The notes beneath the pieces are model-generated. The model was not told the DNA's origin. It made no database searches and was given only the letters and a program-made list of their open reading frames with translations. A DNA stretch of 64,000 nt from a candidate division WWE3 bacterium (GTDB taxonomy: Bacteria > Patescibacteriota > WWE3 > JAPLWK01): contig JAPLWK010000010.1 in assembly GCA_026396615.1 (NCBI GenBank), positions 48,348-112,347 on the forward strand, read 5' to 3'. The translations under genes and the position numbers were made by a program. Positions 21,680 to 30,951 of this stretch are shown here, one piece after another. The number at the start of each line of letters is the position of its first letter. The stretch's first letter is position 1.

Positions 21680-23127
21680 CTAAGGATTTACTAAAGTGGC
21701 AATCAATTAGCGTCGCATCGCGGTTTTTTTCTGTGGGGGTGGGGATTGCTCAAAGCATAATTTTGACGCGGTGGATTTTGTCGGTTGAAGAGTTTGGATT
21801 GATTGGCGTCATCGGGGCTGTGGGAGCGATGCTGGGAGTTTTTCAGCATTTAGGTTTGGCTTCTGGCACTACTCGCGAATTAGCTTACCGAGGCGAAAAA
21901 GATGCTTCTAAAGTTTTCATTTCATCACTGATTGCTCGTTACGCCATTTCATTACCACTGGCGATCGGACTTTTCATTTTCGCTGGTCGAATCGCAGCTG
22001 GATATCATCACATCGAAATGGCTGGTCCACTACAAATCTACGCAGTCATTTTACTACTTCAAGCCAGTCAAGATGTCTGTGGCTCAGTGCTTCAAGGTCT
22101 ACAGCGTTTTAAACATTTATTTTTATTTCAAGCATTTCTAGCAATTCTCAGCTTTTGCTTGTATGTTCCCTTAAGTCACTTCTTTAAATTCAACGGTTAC
22201 TTTCTAGCTTTGTCACTCGTCACTTTAGTTTCCGTTGTTGTTATGTGGGTTCTCGTCATTAAATCACTGCGATCTACTTGGAAATTCCCAACGAAGGCTG
22301 AGGTCATTCCTATTTTAAAAGATGTTTTTGCAGTTGGCTTGTCTATCTACATCGTTAAAATAATCTTCACGAACTGGGAAAATTTAGGAACAGTCTTTTT
22401 AGGTACGCAAGTTTCCTTAATTTCGATTGGTTTTTTTACTTACGCCATGGGCTATGCGTTTAAACTAATGACAGTGTCTGATGCTTTAACAGATGTAAAC
22501 CTTTCAGTTATGACCAAGCTTTACAAAGAAGAGCGGGATACTTTTAAACAGGTCTTTATGGAAAATTTTAATAAGATTTATTCTTTTGTGTGGCTCGCGG
22601 CGTTGACAGCGATTTTTTGGGCGCCACAAATCTTCTTTATTTTCGTTAAACATAAGTACGATTCATCTCTTCCGTACATTCTACCGTTGACGCTAGCAGT
22701 TTGGTTCTACTCATACATCAACTATTTAGGGGCGAGTATTATCGTTCCGGCAAAAAAAGTTATTCAGATGATTATTTACTATGTGGTCATGATTGCTAGT
22801 ACCGTGGGCTTTTATTTTATGGCTGGAGGCTTTATAAATGATAAAATATTGCTGATGTCTATTGCAATGGCTGTGGGGTCGGGGTTAGCGCTTATTTATC
22901 AAGTCGCAGTGATTCGTCACCATATCGGTTTTTGGGTCGTCAATAAAACAGTAATGTTAGTTACTTTGCCTTTATTACCGCTATTTATTCCTAGTCTGAC
23001 TGCGTCTGGCTTAACCACCAAAATATTGCTATCTGCTATTTGTTATTCGCTTTTTTTCATAGTCGTTGTCAAGCAAAACGTCGTCACTAAAGCGCAAATA
23101 AACAAACTGTTGCGGAGGTCGGCATGA
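21676..23127 (+). CDS. wzx: Wzx-like oligosaccharide flippase (MOP superfamily)
   Basis: About 12-14 TM; LSVEEFG and LGL...TRE pattern; context. Confidence 0.78.
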   Translation: MTKDLLKWQSISVASRFFSVGVGIAQSIILTRWILSVEEFGLIGVIGAVGAMLGVFQHLGLASGTTRELAYRGEKDASKVFISSLIARYAISLPLAIGLFIFAGRIAAGYHHIEMAGPLQIYAVILLLQASQDVCGSVLQGLQRFKHLFLFQAFLAILSFCLYVPLSHFFKFNGYFLALSLVTLVSVVVMWVLVIKSLRSTWKFPTKAEVIPILKDVFAVGLSIYIVKIIFTNWENLGTVFLGTQVSLISIGFFTYAMGYAFKLMTVSDALTDVNLSVMTKLYKEERDTFKQVFMENFNKIYSFVWLAALTAIFWAPQIFFIFVKHKYDSSLPYILPLTLAVWFYSYINYLGASIIVPAKKVIQMIIYYVVMIASTVGFYFMAGGFINDKILLMSIAMAVGSGLALIYQVAVIRHHIGFWVVNKTVMLVTLPLLPLFIPSLTASGLTTKILLSAICYSLFFIVVVKQNVVTKAQINKLLRRSA

Positions 23128-25145
23128 AAATACTCATGATCGCTCCGACGCCATATTTTTCAGATAGAGGCTGTCATGTTCGAATATACGAGGAAGCAGA
23201 AGCTCTTAAACGAGCTGGGCACGAAGTGGTTATTACGACTTACCATTTAGGACGCGATCTTGGTGATTTTAAGATACTGCGGACGCCAAAAATACCCTGG
23301 TACAAAAAGACGGCTGCCGGGGCTTCTTGGCACAAGTTTTATTTAGACTTTTTTCTACTTCTGCTAACCGCCAAAACTCTAATTACTTTCAAGCCGGATA
23401 TTATTCACGCCCATTTGCATGAAGGAGCCTTTATCGCCATGATCCTGCGGCGATTCTTTAAACGACCAATTGTATTTGATTATCAAGGCAGCTTGTCTTC
23501 TGAATCTGTAGACCATCACTTCGTAAAGCCAAACAATCCTATTCTGAAGTTGGCGAAGTTTATGGAACAAAAAGTAAATGAGGGCGCGGAGTTTGTGATC
23601 ACCAGCGCGCCGAGGAATCTCAAAGTTGCTCATTTGGAAACTGTTTGTGACGGGGTTGATACCAACATCCTCAAGCCAGATTTATCAAGACATAAGCCTC
23701 AAACATTTGTTTATTTGGGCTTACTTGGTGAATATCAGGGCACTGATTTAATGTTACAAGCATTCGCAATCGTCATCGAGAAATTCCCGCAAGCACAGTT
23801 AATAATTGGTGGTTTTCCAAAGATCGAGTACTACAAAGATATGTCAAAGAAGTTAGGTATTGGGTCACAAGTTGAATTTGTGGGCGCGGTCGACTACTCA
23901 AAAATCGGGGACTTTTTAAACCGTGGTCAATTTGCTATCGCGCCTAAAGTTTCTACAACAGAAGCCAATCAGAAGATGCTAACTTACATGGCTTGCGGTT
24001 TACCGGTTGTGGCCTTTAATACTGAGATTAACGCTAAGATGCTAGGGTCCACGGAACTGCTAGCAACGCTTGGTGATGCTGAATCCTTGGCAAGCAGGAT
24101 GATCTTTTTGTTAACCCAAAGTCTGGAGCAAATTCTATTTTTAGGTGAAGCTAATAGAGTCCAGGCGGAAGAGAAGTTTAGCTGGGAAAGAACCGGTGAG
24201 AAAATTTTAGAAGTTTATAAAAAAGCTATTGAAGTATTCACGCAAAAGAAGTTAGCTCCAAAAACCGTCATCCAGAAATTTTTGGGTTTCCTGCCGAAAC
24301 TCTTAATATCTGGGGCACTTCTTCTTTGGGTGTTTCATAAATTCGATTTCAAATCTGCCCTCATCGCCGTTAAGGCCGCTAATATTTGGATTTTATTAAT
24401 TATTTTGTTATTAGTGGTCTTAAAAAATGTTTTCAGCAGCCTACGCTGGCAGGTGCTTCTGGCGGCACGCGGTCCTAAAGTGCCGTTCTTAATTTTGCTT
24501 AAGCTCTATTTTATTGGCGTCTTTTTTAACAATTTTATGCCAAGTAGCGTTGGCGGTGACATTGTTAAAGCTTATAAACTCTCAAAGTACACCGACCAGG
24601 CTTTTGACAGTTCTATTTCGGTGGTCATGGAGCGAGCGACCGGTCTCTTCGTTTTGATATTTATTGGTTTCACCGCACAGATGTTTGTTTATAAATTAAT
24701 CGGAGTGGCTATCTTTGTTGGTTTCCTGATTGCCTGCGGGATCGGTCTTTTGATAGGTGACAAAGTTTCTAAGATTCATCCTAAAATCAGAAAACTGTGG
24801 TTAGCATTCATTTTTTATAAAGACCGTCCCAAGGCTCTTGCTGCGGCTATCGGCTTATCGTTCCTAATTCAGGGACTTTCAATGGCGTTTCAATACCTAA
24901 CCTTTTCAGCTCTGGGTTATCATTTACCTTTTTGGCAGGCGATGGTGGTTTTCCCAGTCACTAATTTCGTTACCTTCTTGTCGTTGCTTCCTAATGGTTG
25001 GGGAGCGCAAGAGGCTTTGTATGCACTGTTATTCGGTCTAATTGGCATCAATAAGACTATCTCTGTTACTGTCTCGTTAGTTGGCCGTTTAGTCACACTC
25101 CTCGTCGCCCTACTGGGAGGTTTAATCTATGCCACAGAAAAATAG
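23124..25145 (+). CDS. Fusion of a GT4 glycosyltransferase and an LPG-synthase TM (YbhN/UPF0104 flippase-like) domain
   Basis: N-terminal IAPTPYFSDRGCHVRI GT4; C-terminal RWQVLL, FFNNFMPSSVGGD, PNGWGAQE. Confidence 0.82.
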   Translation: MKILMIAPTPYFSDRGCHVRIYEEAEALKRAGHEVVITTYHLGRDLGDFKILRTPKIPWYKKTAAGASWHKFYLDFFLLLLTAKTLITFKPDIIHAHLHEGAFIAMILRRFFKRPIVFDYQGSLSSESVDHHFVKPNNPILKLAKFMEQKVNEGAEFVITSAPRNLKVAHLETVCDGVDTNILKPDLSRHKPQTFVYLGLLGEYQGTDLMLQAFAIVIEKFPQAQLIIGGFPKIEYYKDMSKKLGIGSQVEFVGAVDYSKIGDFLNRGQFAIAPKVSTTEANQKMLTYMACGLPVVAFNTEINAKMLGSTELLATLGDAESLASRMIFLLTQSLEQILFLGEANRVQAEEKFSWERTGEKILEVYKKAIEVFTQKKLAPKTVIQKFLGFLPKLLISGALLLWVFHKFDFKSALIAVKAANIWILLIILLLVVLKNVFSSLRWQVLLAARGPKVPFLILLKLYFIGVFFNNFMPSSVGGDIVKAYKLSKYTDQAFDSSISVVMERATGLFVLIFIGFTAQMFVYKLIGVAIFVGFLIACGIGLLIGDKVSKIHPKIRKLWLAFIFYKDRPKALAAAIGLSFLIQGLSMAFQYLTFSALGYHLPFWQAMVVFPVTNFVTFLSLLPNGWGAQEALYALLFGLIGINKTISVTVSLVGRLVTLLVALLGGLIYATEK

Positions 25146-26817
25146 ATATGTTTACATATTACTTATAGTTTGTGTCGTTATTTCCGGATTGATTCTCGGA
25201 GGGCTTTTGCTTAGAGCTTTTACTGGTTTAGTCCCTTCGGATTTTTATTGCTACTACTATATTCCAAAGGCGGTTTTAAACTTAGTACGTCGGGAACACC
25301 CTTACATTAACTACGCTCCAATATTCCCCTACTTTTTCCCTCCAGCATCCATACTTCTTTTTAAACCATTAATCCTGCTTCCGATGTACCTAGCAAAAAT
25401 TGTTTGGTCACTAACAAACGCAAGTTTGATGATAACGTCAGCAATACTTGTTTCCAAGGTTTTTAAAAGGCTGTGGCTGTGGCCGATTTTGGTTTTTTTA
25501 GCTGTAATCTATTATCCTTTTCAATTTACGCTTACGGAGGGCCAGTTTAATATCATCCTTTTATTTGTTTATACTTTTGGGCTCTGGGTTTTAGTCAAAT
25601 GGAATCGAGTTTTGGGTAGTACTGTCGGAGGGGTGCTTTTAGCGATTGGTACGATAACTAAAGTTAGCCCACTGCTCATCATCGCCTATGCGTTTTGGAA
25701 AAAGCGTTGGCTGCTGTTAGTAGTTTCTCTTTTTACTGTAGTGGCGCTTTGCGGATTGGCAGAAATATATGTTAAATCCGGAATTAATAATTACTATTTG
25801 CATAACGTTTTAAAATATGTGTCTGATCAGGCAGCAACTCCTAGTTGGCGTGATCAATCGCTTCTCGGGTTTATTAAACGCTTTGATTTGCACATGGATG
25901 AATTTCATATCGCTGGTCACACTATCACCGAAAGTCGTGCTAGGAGTTTAATTTCATATGGGATTATTGGACTACTGATCGCGATTTTCCTAGGACTCGA
26001 TCTACGTCGTAAAAAAGGTGACTTGGACGTTGTTATTAGCTGCCTTTTCTTAACTACCATCGGAGTTCTAGGCACTGGGCTGGCTTGGTACCATCAATAT
26101 ACAATGCTTCTCCTACCGATTTGGGGACTGCTGCTTTTTAGCCTTTTTACTCTACGTAAACCTTATAACTATCTATGCTTGCTTATTTCAGTAATAACCT
26201 ACATTTTAACCTGTGCCAATTTAGAGGGTCGGTTTCTTGGCTTGTTACAGCCAAATATGTTTTATGGAGGGGTGATTTTAACGATATTTCTTCTTATCCT
26301 TAAAGGAAATCAACATTGGTTTAAAGCCGTCACCGCTAACGTTCCGGTTTTTAAAGTAAAAACAAGCCTATTAGTTGTTTTAGGGTTTATTCTAATAATA
26401 AGTGTACTTGTCGGTATTGGGCTTCCCAGGCTCGATCAAAAATTGAAAGAAGCCCGAGATGTTGACCGTCTGGTCGAAATTAATTACATGGGAAATATGC
26501 TCACCAACCATCAAGTAGAGTTTAAAATCGGATACTCTAACAGCATCCTCCGATCGGAAAAGCTTGATGAAGGCTACATTTTATTTGAAAAAGATCAGCA
26601 CATTAAAGTTCGCAGCGAGATCGCAATACTTTTTTTAGATCCAATTAATAACCACGATTATAATTATCAGTTTTCGTCTGCAGATGGTCATGAATTTAAA
26701 CTTTGGACCCATTTAGAAAGCGTAAAATACATCAGTATTTTTGGGAAATACTATTACTATAATCCTGACTCGCAAAGCCCTGGTCAATCTCTTATTCCAC
26801 AAATTGGAAACCTATGA
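25129..26817 (+). CDS. GT87 (DUF2029) mannosyltransferase-like protein with a C-terminal pilin-like domain
   Basis: DF..YY, YFFPP, EGQFN, K.SP, DQSL, AWYHQ (GT87); tail LLVV..ARD..R...DP...Y.Y.S..G..F.L...LES. Confidence 0.78.
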   Translation: MPQKNRYVYILLIVCVVISGLILGGLLLRAFTGLVPSDFYCYYYIPKAVLNLVRREHPYINYAPIFPYFFPPASILLFKPLILLPMYLAKIVWSLTNASLMITSAILVSKVFKRLWLWPILVFLAVIYYPFQFTLTEGQFNIILLFVYTFGLWVLVKWNRVLGSTVGGVLLAIGTITKVSPLLIIAYAFWKKRWLLLVVSLFTVVALCGLAEIYVKSGINNYYLHNVLKYVSDQAATPSWRDQSLLGFIKRFDLHMDEFHIAGHTITESRARSLISYGIIGLLIAIFLGLDLRRKKGDLDVVISCLFLTTIGVLGTGLAWYHQYTMLLLPIWGLLLFSLFTLRKPYNYLCLLISVITYILTCANLEGRFLGLLQPNMFYGGVILTIFLLILKGNQHWFKAVTANVPVFKVKTSLLVVLGFILIISVLVGIGLPRLDQKLKEARDVDRLVEINYMGNMLTNHQVEFKIGYSNSILRSEKLDEGYILFEKDQHIKVRSEIAILFLDPINNHDYNYQFSSADGHEFKLWTHLESVKYISIFGKYYYYNPDSQSPGQSLIPQIGNL

Positions 26818-28418
26818 AGTATTTACAGCCTTCTCGTAATTTAAGTTTATTTATCGCGGCAGCGTTTGTGTTTCTGGTAGCCTTCGGAGTTAGATTTTAC
26901 AACTGGCAAATTGAGGGAATAAATCCGGATGAACCCACCTGGCAACAACGGATCGAAAACTTTTCACTAGCTATTAAGAATCATGAATGGCAATACACTT
27001 TTCAATCACTGCACCCCGCTGTCACTCTAGATTGGCTCTCTTATATTGGTCGAGCTTCCTCAGGATTTAACTATATCCCACAGTATCACTATCCTTTCGA
27101 CACGTCCGACAACACCCCTGGTTTTACGGGTGATGACAGCCCGGCTCGCGGCTTTAAAGACCCTTTAGTATTTTGGACGGTTCACTCGTCTGAAGTTAAC
27201 GTTCTTATTTTGGTTAATGCTGCCGCCTGTTTAATGGTGTTTCTATTACTTTCGAAACTTGTTGATCGGAAAGCGGCTTTTTTGTCCGCACTACTAGTGT
27301 GTTTGGATTTTTATTACATCGCCTCCTCGCGGGTTATTCAGATGGATTCACTGCTAGCCTCGTTTGTGATACTAACGGCTTTGTGTGCGATTTTGTTTTT
27401 TAAATCAAAGAAAAGACTTTATTTGATACTTGCGGCTTTGTTCTCTGGATTAACAGTTCTAACAAAAGTAAATGGTGTACTAGTCTGCGGATTTACTTTA
27501 TTTGTTATAGCGACGCCATTTATTATCGATTTACTCAAAACCCGTCGATTAAAAACACAACTACTCCTTACTACGATTATTAATTTGGCCTTATACGGTG
27601 TGCTTTCTTTGACAGTGTTTTTTGTACTTTACCCAGCAATGTGGGTCCAGCCGATTCTAACGCTAAAAGATTTGGCGTACGGAATTTTTAACCGTGGTCT
27701 ACTTGAGGGTGGGGAATCAGTAGGTGGTACCTTCTTCTTGGGACGGGTGAGTAGTAACCCTGGTTTTGCTTACTATCCACTAATATTGTTAATTCGTTCC
27801 AATCCTTTATCGTTGGTTGCATTTGTAGCTGGTATTACAGCGGCCTTTATAAATACAATTAAAACCAAGAAAATTTCTACACATACTGGACTTACTATAT
27901 TATTTTTAATATTTTTTGTTATCTATTTAATTGGGATGTCTGCTGTTGCTAAAAAAAGTGAACGCTACATAATGCCAATATTCTTGCTTTTTGACATTTA
28001 CGCGGGGTTATTTTTGTACCAACTTCTTAAGAAAGTAGAAGTTAAATTCATAAATAAAGCCAAATTATATTTGATTATTATTCTAGTATTTTTTGGCCAG
28101 TTTATACTGGAGTTGTGCCCATTAAGTTGGCATTATGGGAGTTACTATAATCCACTGATCGGCGGAGCTAAAGTAGCGCAGCGTCTAACTACAACTGGGT
28201 GGGGTGAGGGGTTATTGGAAGTTGCAGATTACATAAATAGTGTCCCGAATTCCAAAAAAATGAGAATATCTACATGTTATAGTTATATCAACCAGATCCA
28301 AAGAAAACAGGATTTAGGCTTGTGGGAAGAGTATCAGCACTTAAAACCGCTTAAAACTGTTACAATTAACGGTATTGCATATGCGTATATCTACCAGGGT
28401 TTACACCCTCTCAAATAA
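26814..28418 (+). CDS. GT-C (PMT_2-like) membrane glycosyltransferase
   Basis: NPDEP, HPAVT, QMD, KKSERY, YYNPLIGG, GWGEG. Confidence 0.82.
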   Translation: MKYLQPSRNLSLFIAAAFVFLVAFGVRFYNWQIEGINPDEPTWQQRIENFSLAIKNHEWQYTFQSLHPAVTLDWLSYIGRASSGFNYIPQYHYPFDTSDNTPGFTGDDSPARGFKDPLVFWTVHSSEVNVLILVNAAACLMVFLLLSKLVDRKAAFLSALLVCLDFYYIASSRVIQMDSLLASFVILTALCAILFFKSKKRLYLILAALFSGLTVLTKVNGVLVCGFTLFVIATPFIIDLLKTRRLKTQLLLTTIINLALYGVLSLTVFFVLYPAMWVQPILTLKDLAYGIFNRGLLEGGESVGGTFFLGRVSSNPGFAYYPLILLIRSNPLSLVAFVAGITAAFINTIKTKKISTHTGLTILFLIFFVIYLIGMSAVAKKSERYIMPIFLLFDIYAGLFLYQLLKKVEVKFINKAKLYLIIILVFFGQFILELCPLSWHYGSYYNPLIGGAKVAQRLTTTGWGEGLLEVADYINSVPNSKKMRISTCYSYINQIQRKQDLGLWEEYQHLKPLKTVTINGIAYAYIYQGLHPLK

Positions 28419-30951
28419 AATAACAATTTTTCTTAAGTTTATTCCAATTAAAACTTATCTTCTTCTAGTGCTCGTGTTTGCGTTGGTAATCCGTTTATGG
28501 GGAGTGTGGCATGGGCTTCCCTATATTTATAGCGTTGATGAGCCGGCTCTTGTCCACAGCGTTTTAGGTCTGCGGTTTGACTTAAATCCTCATCATTTCG
28601 ATTGGCCGCATTTCCATTTCTACTTGTCGTATCTAGTCTTTGGGATCTTCTATAAAGCTCGGATTGCTTGGCAAGTTTGGGGTTGGAAGCCGGCTATGGA
28701 GGCGATGGCGCCGATTTTGTGGAATGACGGGGCCGTCTTCTACTTACTTTTAAGACTTTTAAGCTTATTTATGGGGGCGCTTACAGTTATTCCGGTTTAT
28801 TTAGCCTCTAAAGAAATTTTAATCAGCCCTAAAAAGGCTTTACTGGCAGCTTTAGTTTTTGCCCTAATTCCCTTTCACGTGGAGAACTCCAAATATGCGC
28901 TTATAGATGTCCCCGCGACTTTTTGGTGTGCTTGGTCACTGTGGTTTGCCTTAAAAACGGCTAGAAGGCCGTCATTACTAAATTATATACTGGCCGGTCT
29001 GTTTGGAGGCCTCGCTATGTCAACAAAATACAATGGTTTGTTAATTATACTTGTTTTGGTATTAGTTCATTTATCACGCCTTCCATTCGTTGAAACATTC
29101 ATATCTTTGATCAAACGAAAGTGGCGAAATATAGACATCGGAGGTTTACTAAAAGATTGGTGGAAGTTGGTTTTAGCTGGCGTTACGGCACTTGCCGCCT
29201 TTTTTGCCGGTACACCTTACGCACTTTTAGATTGGAAGGAATTTAGTCGCAGCGATACATCAATTGGTGCTTTTTGGCAATTAACTCGCTCCGGAAATAG
29301 ATTGGAATTGGCGGTTTTTGGTAGACTCGCCGATGCCCTTTTTAATAAAATTCTTTCAGGATACGGGTTCATTCCTTTAATTATAAGTTTAGTGGGTTTG
29401 TTTTTCGTTTTTAGACGCGGTAATAAATTACAGAGAGTAACCGGATTATTTTTCGTATTTTTCACTTTGTACGTGGGAAGCTCTGTGTTCGCTCCGATTC
29501 AAATTTTCATGCCATTATTTTTAGTTCTACCCAGCCTTTTTATACTAGGTCTTTTTCCGATTACAGATTTTATTAAGAAAGAATTTTTTGAAAACAACAA
29601 AGCTTGGAGAGTCGCATATCCATTACTGGTTATTACAGCGGTCACTCCTCTAGTTGCGGCGTCATTAAAGGTAGATTACTTATACACGTTTTTAGATACT
29701 CGTAATATTGCCAAGAATTTTATCGATTACGCAATTCCTAAAGGTAAAGTTATAGGAGTAGAAGGTGAGTATCAGCCGTTTTATGAAGGAACTCATCCGG
29801 TAATTGGAGTTCAGGCTTGGCGATACGACCCTCTTAGCCAGAAAAAGATTGAATACGTCGTTGTGAGCGGCGATATGGATTTGCGTGGGATTCGTGAGAA
29901 TTCAAAGTTTGGAGGGATACTCGAAAATTTGTACCCAATTTATAGTTACCAAAACTTTGGTGATCGGCTGGGCCCCAATTTATTTATTTATAAATTGAAC
30001 TATCCACTTAATAATCAATGGTGGCTAAATGAAAGTAAATTACCTAAACTTTCTGTTGACTATTTGACAGCTGATAATCACGAGTGGCGGGAGTCTATTC
30101 TACCTGCCGATTTAACCTACACGGTCGCGGTAACTGGAACTTGGGACTTTTCGGGTAAGACATCAGAAATCATGAAAACGCGAAGTGACTATTCATATCC
30201 GGTTAGTAAGGTCGGCGGACACTTACACGGTCTGGATTTGGCTGTTGCCGATTTGTTGTATCCATTTAAACAGGACTGTTCTGATTTTACGGTTTGCACA
30301 AATAGTGAAGCCGTAAAATCTCTTACAGAAAGTGGAATCGATGTGGTTAATCTGCCGGTAGACCCATCTTTCGCCGAAACAAAGACGGATTTAACAGCAG
30401 CGAAAATCCAGTATTCTGATGGTCAGAACATCTCTTATTCAGATGTTAAGAATAACCATTTAGCTTTCGTGAGCATTAATCCCGCTTCACCAGATTTTAC
30501 TCAAGCGACCATTTCGGCCTCTATTAAGACCGCAAAAGATAACAAGGCCGATGTTATTTTTGTTAATTTTAATTGGCTTAAAAGCCAGTCGCCGTCTAAA
30601 GAACTAGCTCATCTGGCAATTGATTCGGGAGCGACTGTAGTTACGGGAGAATCTTCAAGCGTAAACGGAGTGGAATTTTATAACGAACACTTTATATCTT
30701 ATGGCGGTGGCCAATTTGTAAGCTCTGCGACTAGTCCGGTTGATTTACAAGGACGGGTTGGTCCTGGAGTTACCTATGAGCTTTATTTCTTCGGTAATAG
30801 ATTAGTAGATATAGATTTTGGTTTAAACTACAGTGGCACCTACGATATTTATAGTGGATCCAGTTGCCAAGTATTTGGTGAAGAAAATAAGAATGTGCGT
30901 TTGAAAGTGCTTCAACAAATATCTATCGAGTCCGCAGCGTACATAAAATGA
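28381..30951 (+). CDS. GT-C glycosyltransferase fused to a degenerate CapA (PGA_cap) metallophosphoesterase-like domain
   Basis: HGLP..SVDEP, NPH.FDWP, TKYN, TPY, DTR; C-terminal GIDVVNL, ADVIFVNFNW, ELAHLAIDSGATVVTG; start uncertain (28375 or 28381). Confidence 0.78.
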   Translation: MRISTRVYTLSNKITIFLKFIPIKTYLLLVLVFALVIRLWGVWHGLPYIYSVDEPALVHSVLGLRFDLNPHHFDWPHFHFYLSYLVFGIFYKARIAWQVWGWKPAMEAMAPILWNDGAVFYLLLRLLSLFMGALTVIPVYLASKEILISPKKALLAALVFALIPFHVENSKYALIDVPATFWCAWSLWFALKTARRPSLLNYILAGLFGGLAMSTKYNGLLIILVLVLVHLSRLPFVETFISLIKRKWRNIDIGGLLKDWWKLVLAGVTALAAFFAGTPYALLDWKEFSRSDTSIGAFWQLTRSGNRLELAVFGRLADALFNKILSGYGFIPLIISLVGLFFVFRRGNKLQRVTGLFFVFFTLYVGSSVFAPIQIFMPLFLVLPSLFILGLFPITDFIKKEFFENNKAWRVAYPLLVITAVTPLVAASLKVDYLYTFLDTRNIAKNFIDYAIPKGKVIGVEGEYQPFYEGTHPVIGVQAWRYDPLSQKKIEYVVVSGDMDLRGIRENSKFGGILENLYPIYSYQNFGDRLGPNLFIYKLNYPLNNQWWLNESKLPKLSVDYLTADNHEWRESILPADLTYTVAVTGTWDFSGKTSEIMKTRSDYSYPVSKVGGHLHGLDLAVADLLYPFKQDCSDFTVCTNSEAVKSLTESGIDVVNLPVDPSFAETKTDLTAAKIQYSDGQNISYSDVKNNHLAFVSINPASPDFTQATISASIKTAKDNKADVIFVNFNWLKSQSPSKELAHLAIDSGATVVTGESSSVNGVEFYNEHFISYGGGQFVSSATSPVDLQGRVGPGVTYELYFFGNRLVDIDFGLNYSGTYDIYSGSSCQVFGEENKNVRLKVLQQISIESAAYIK

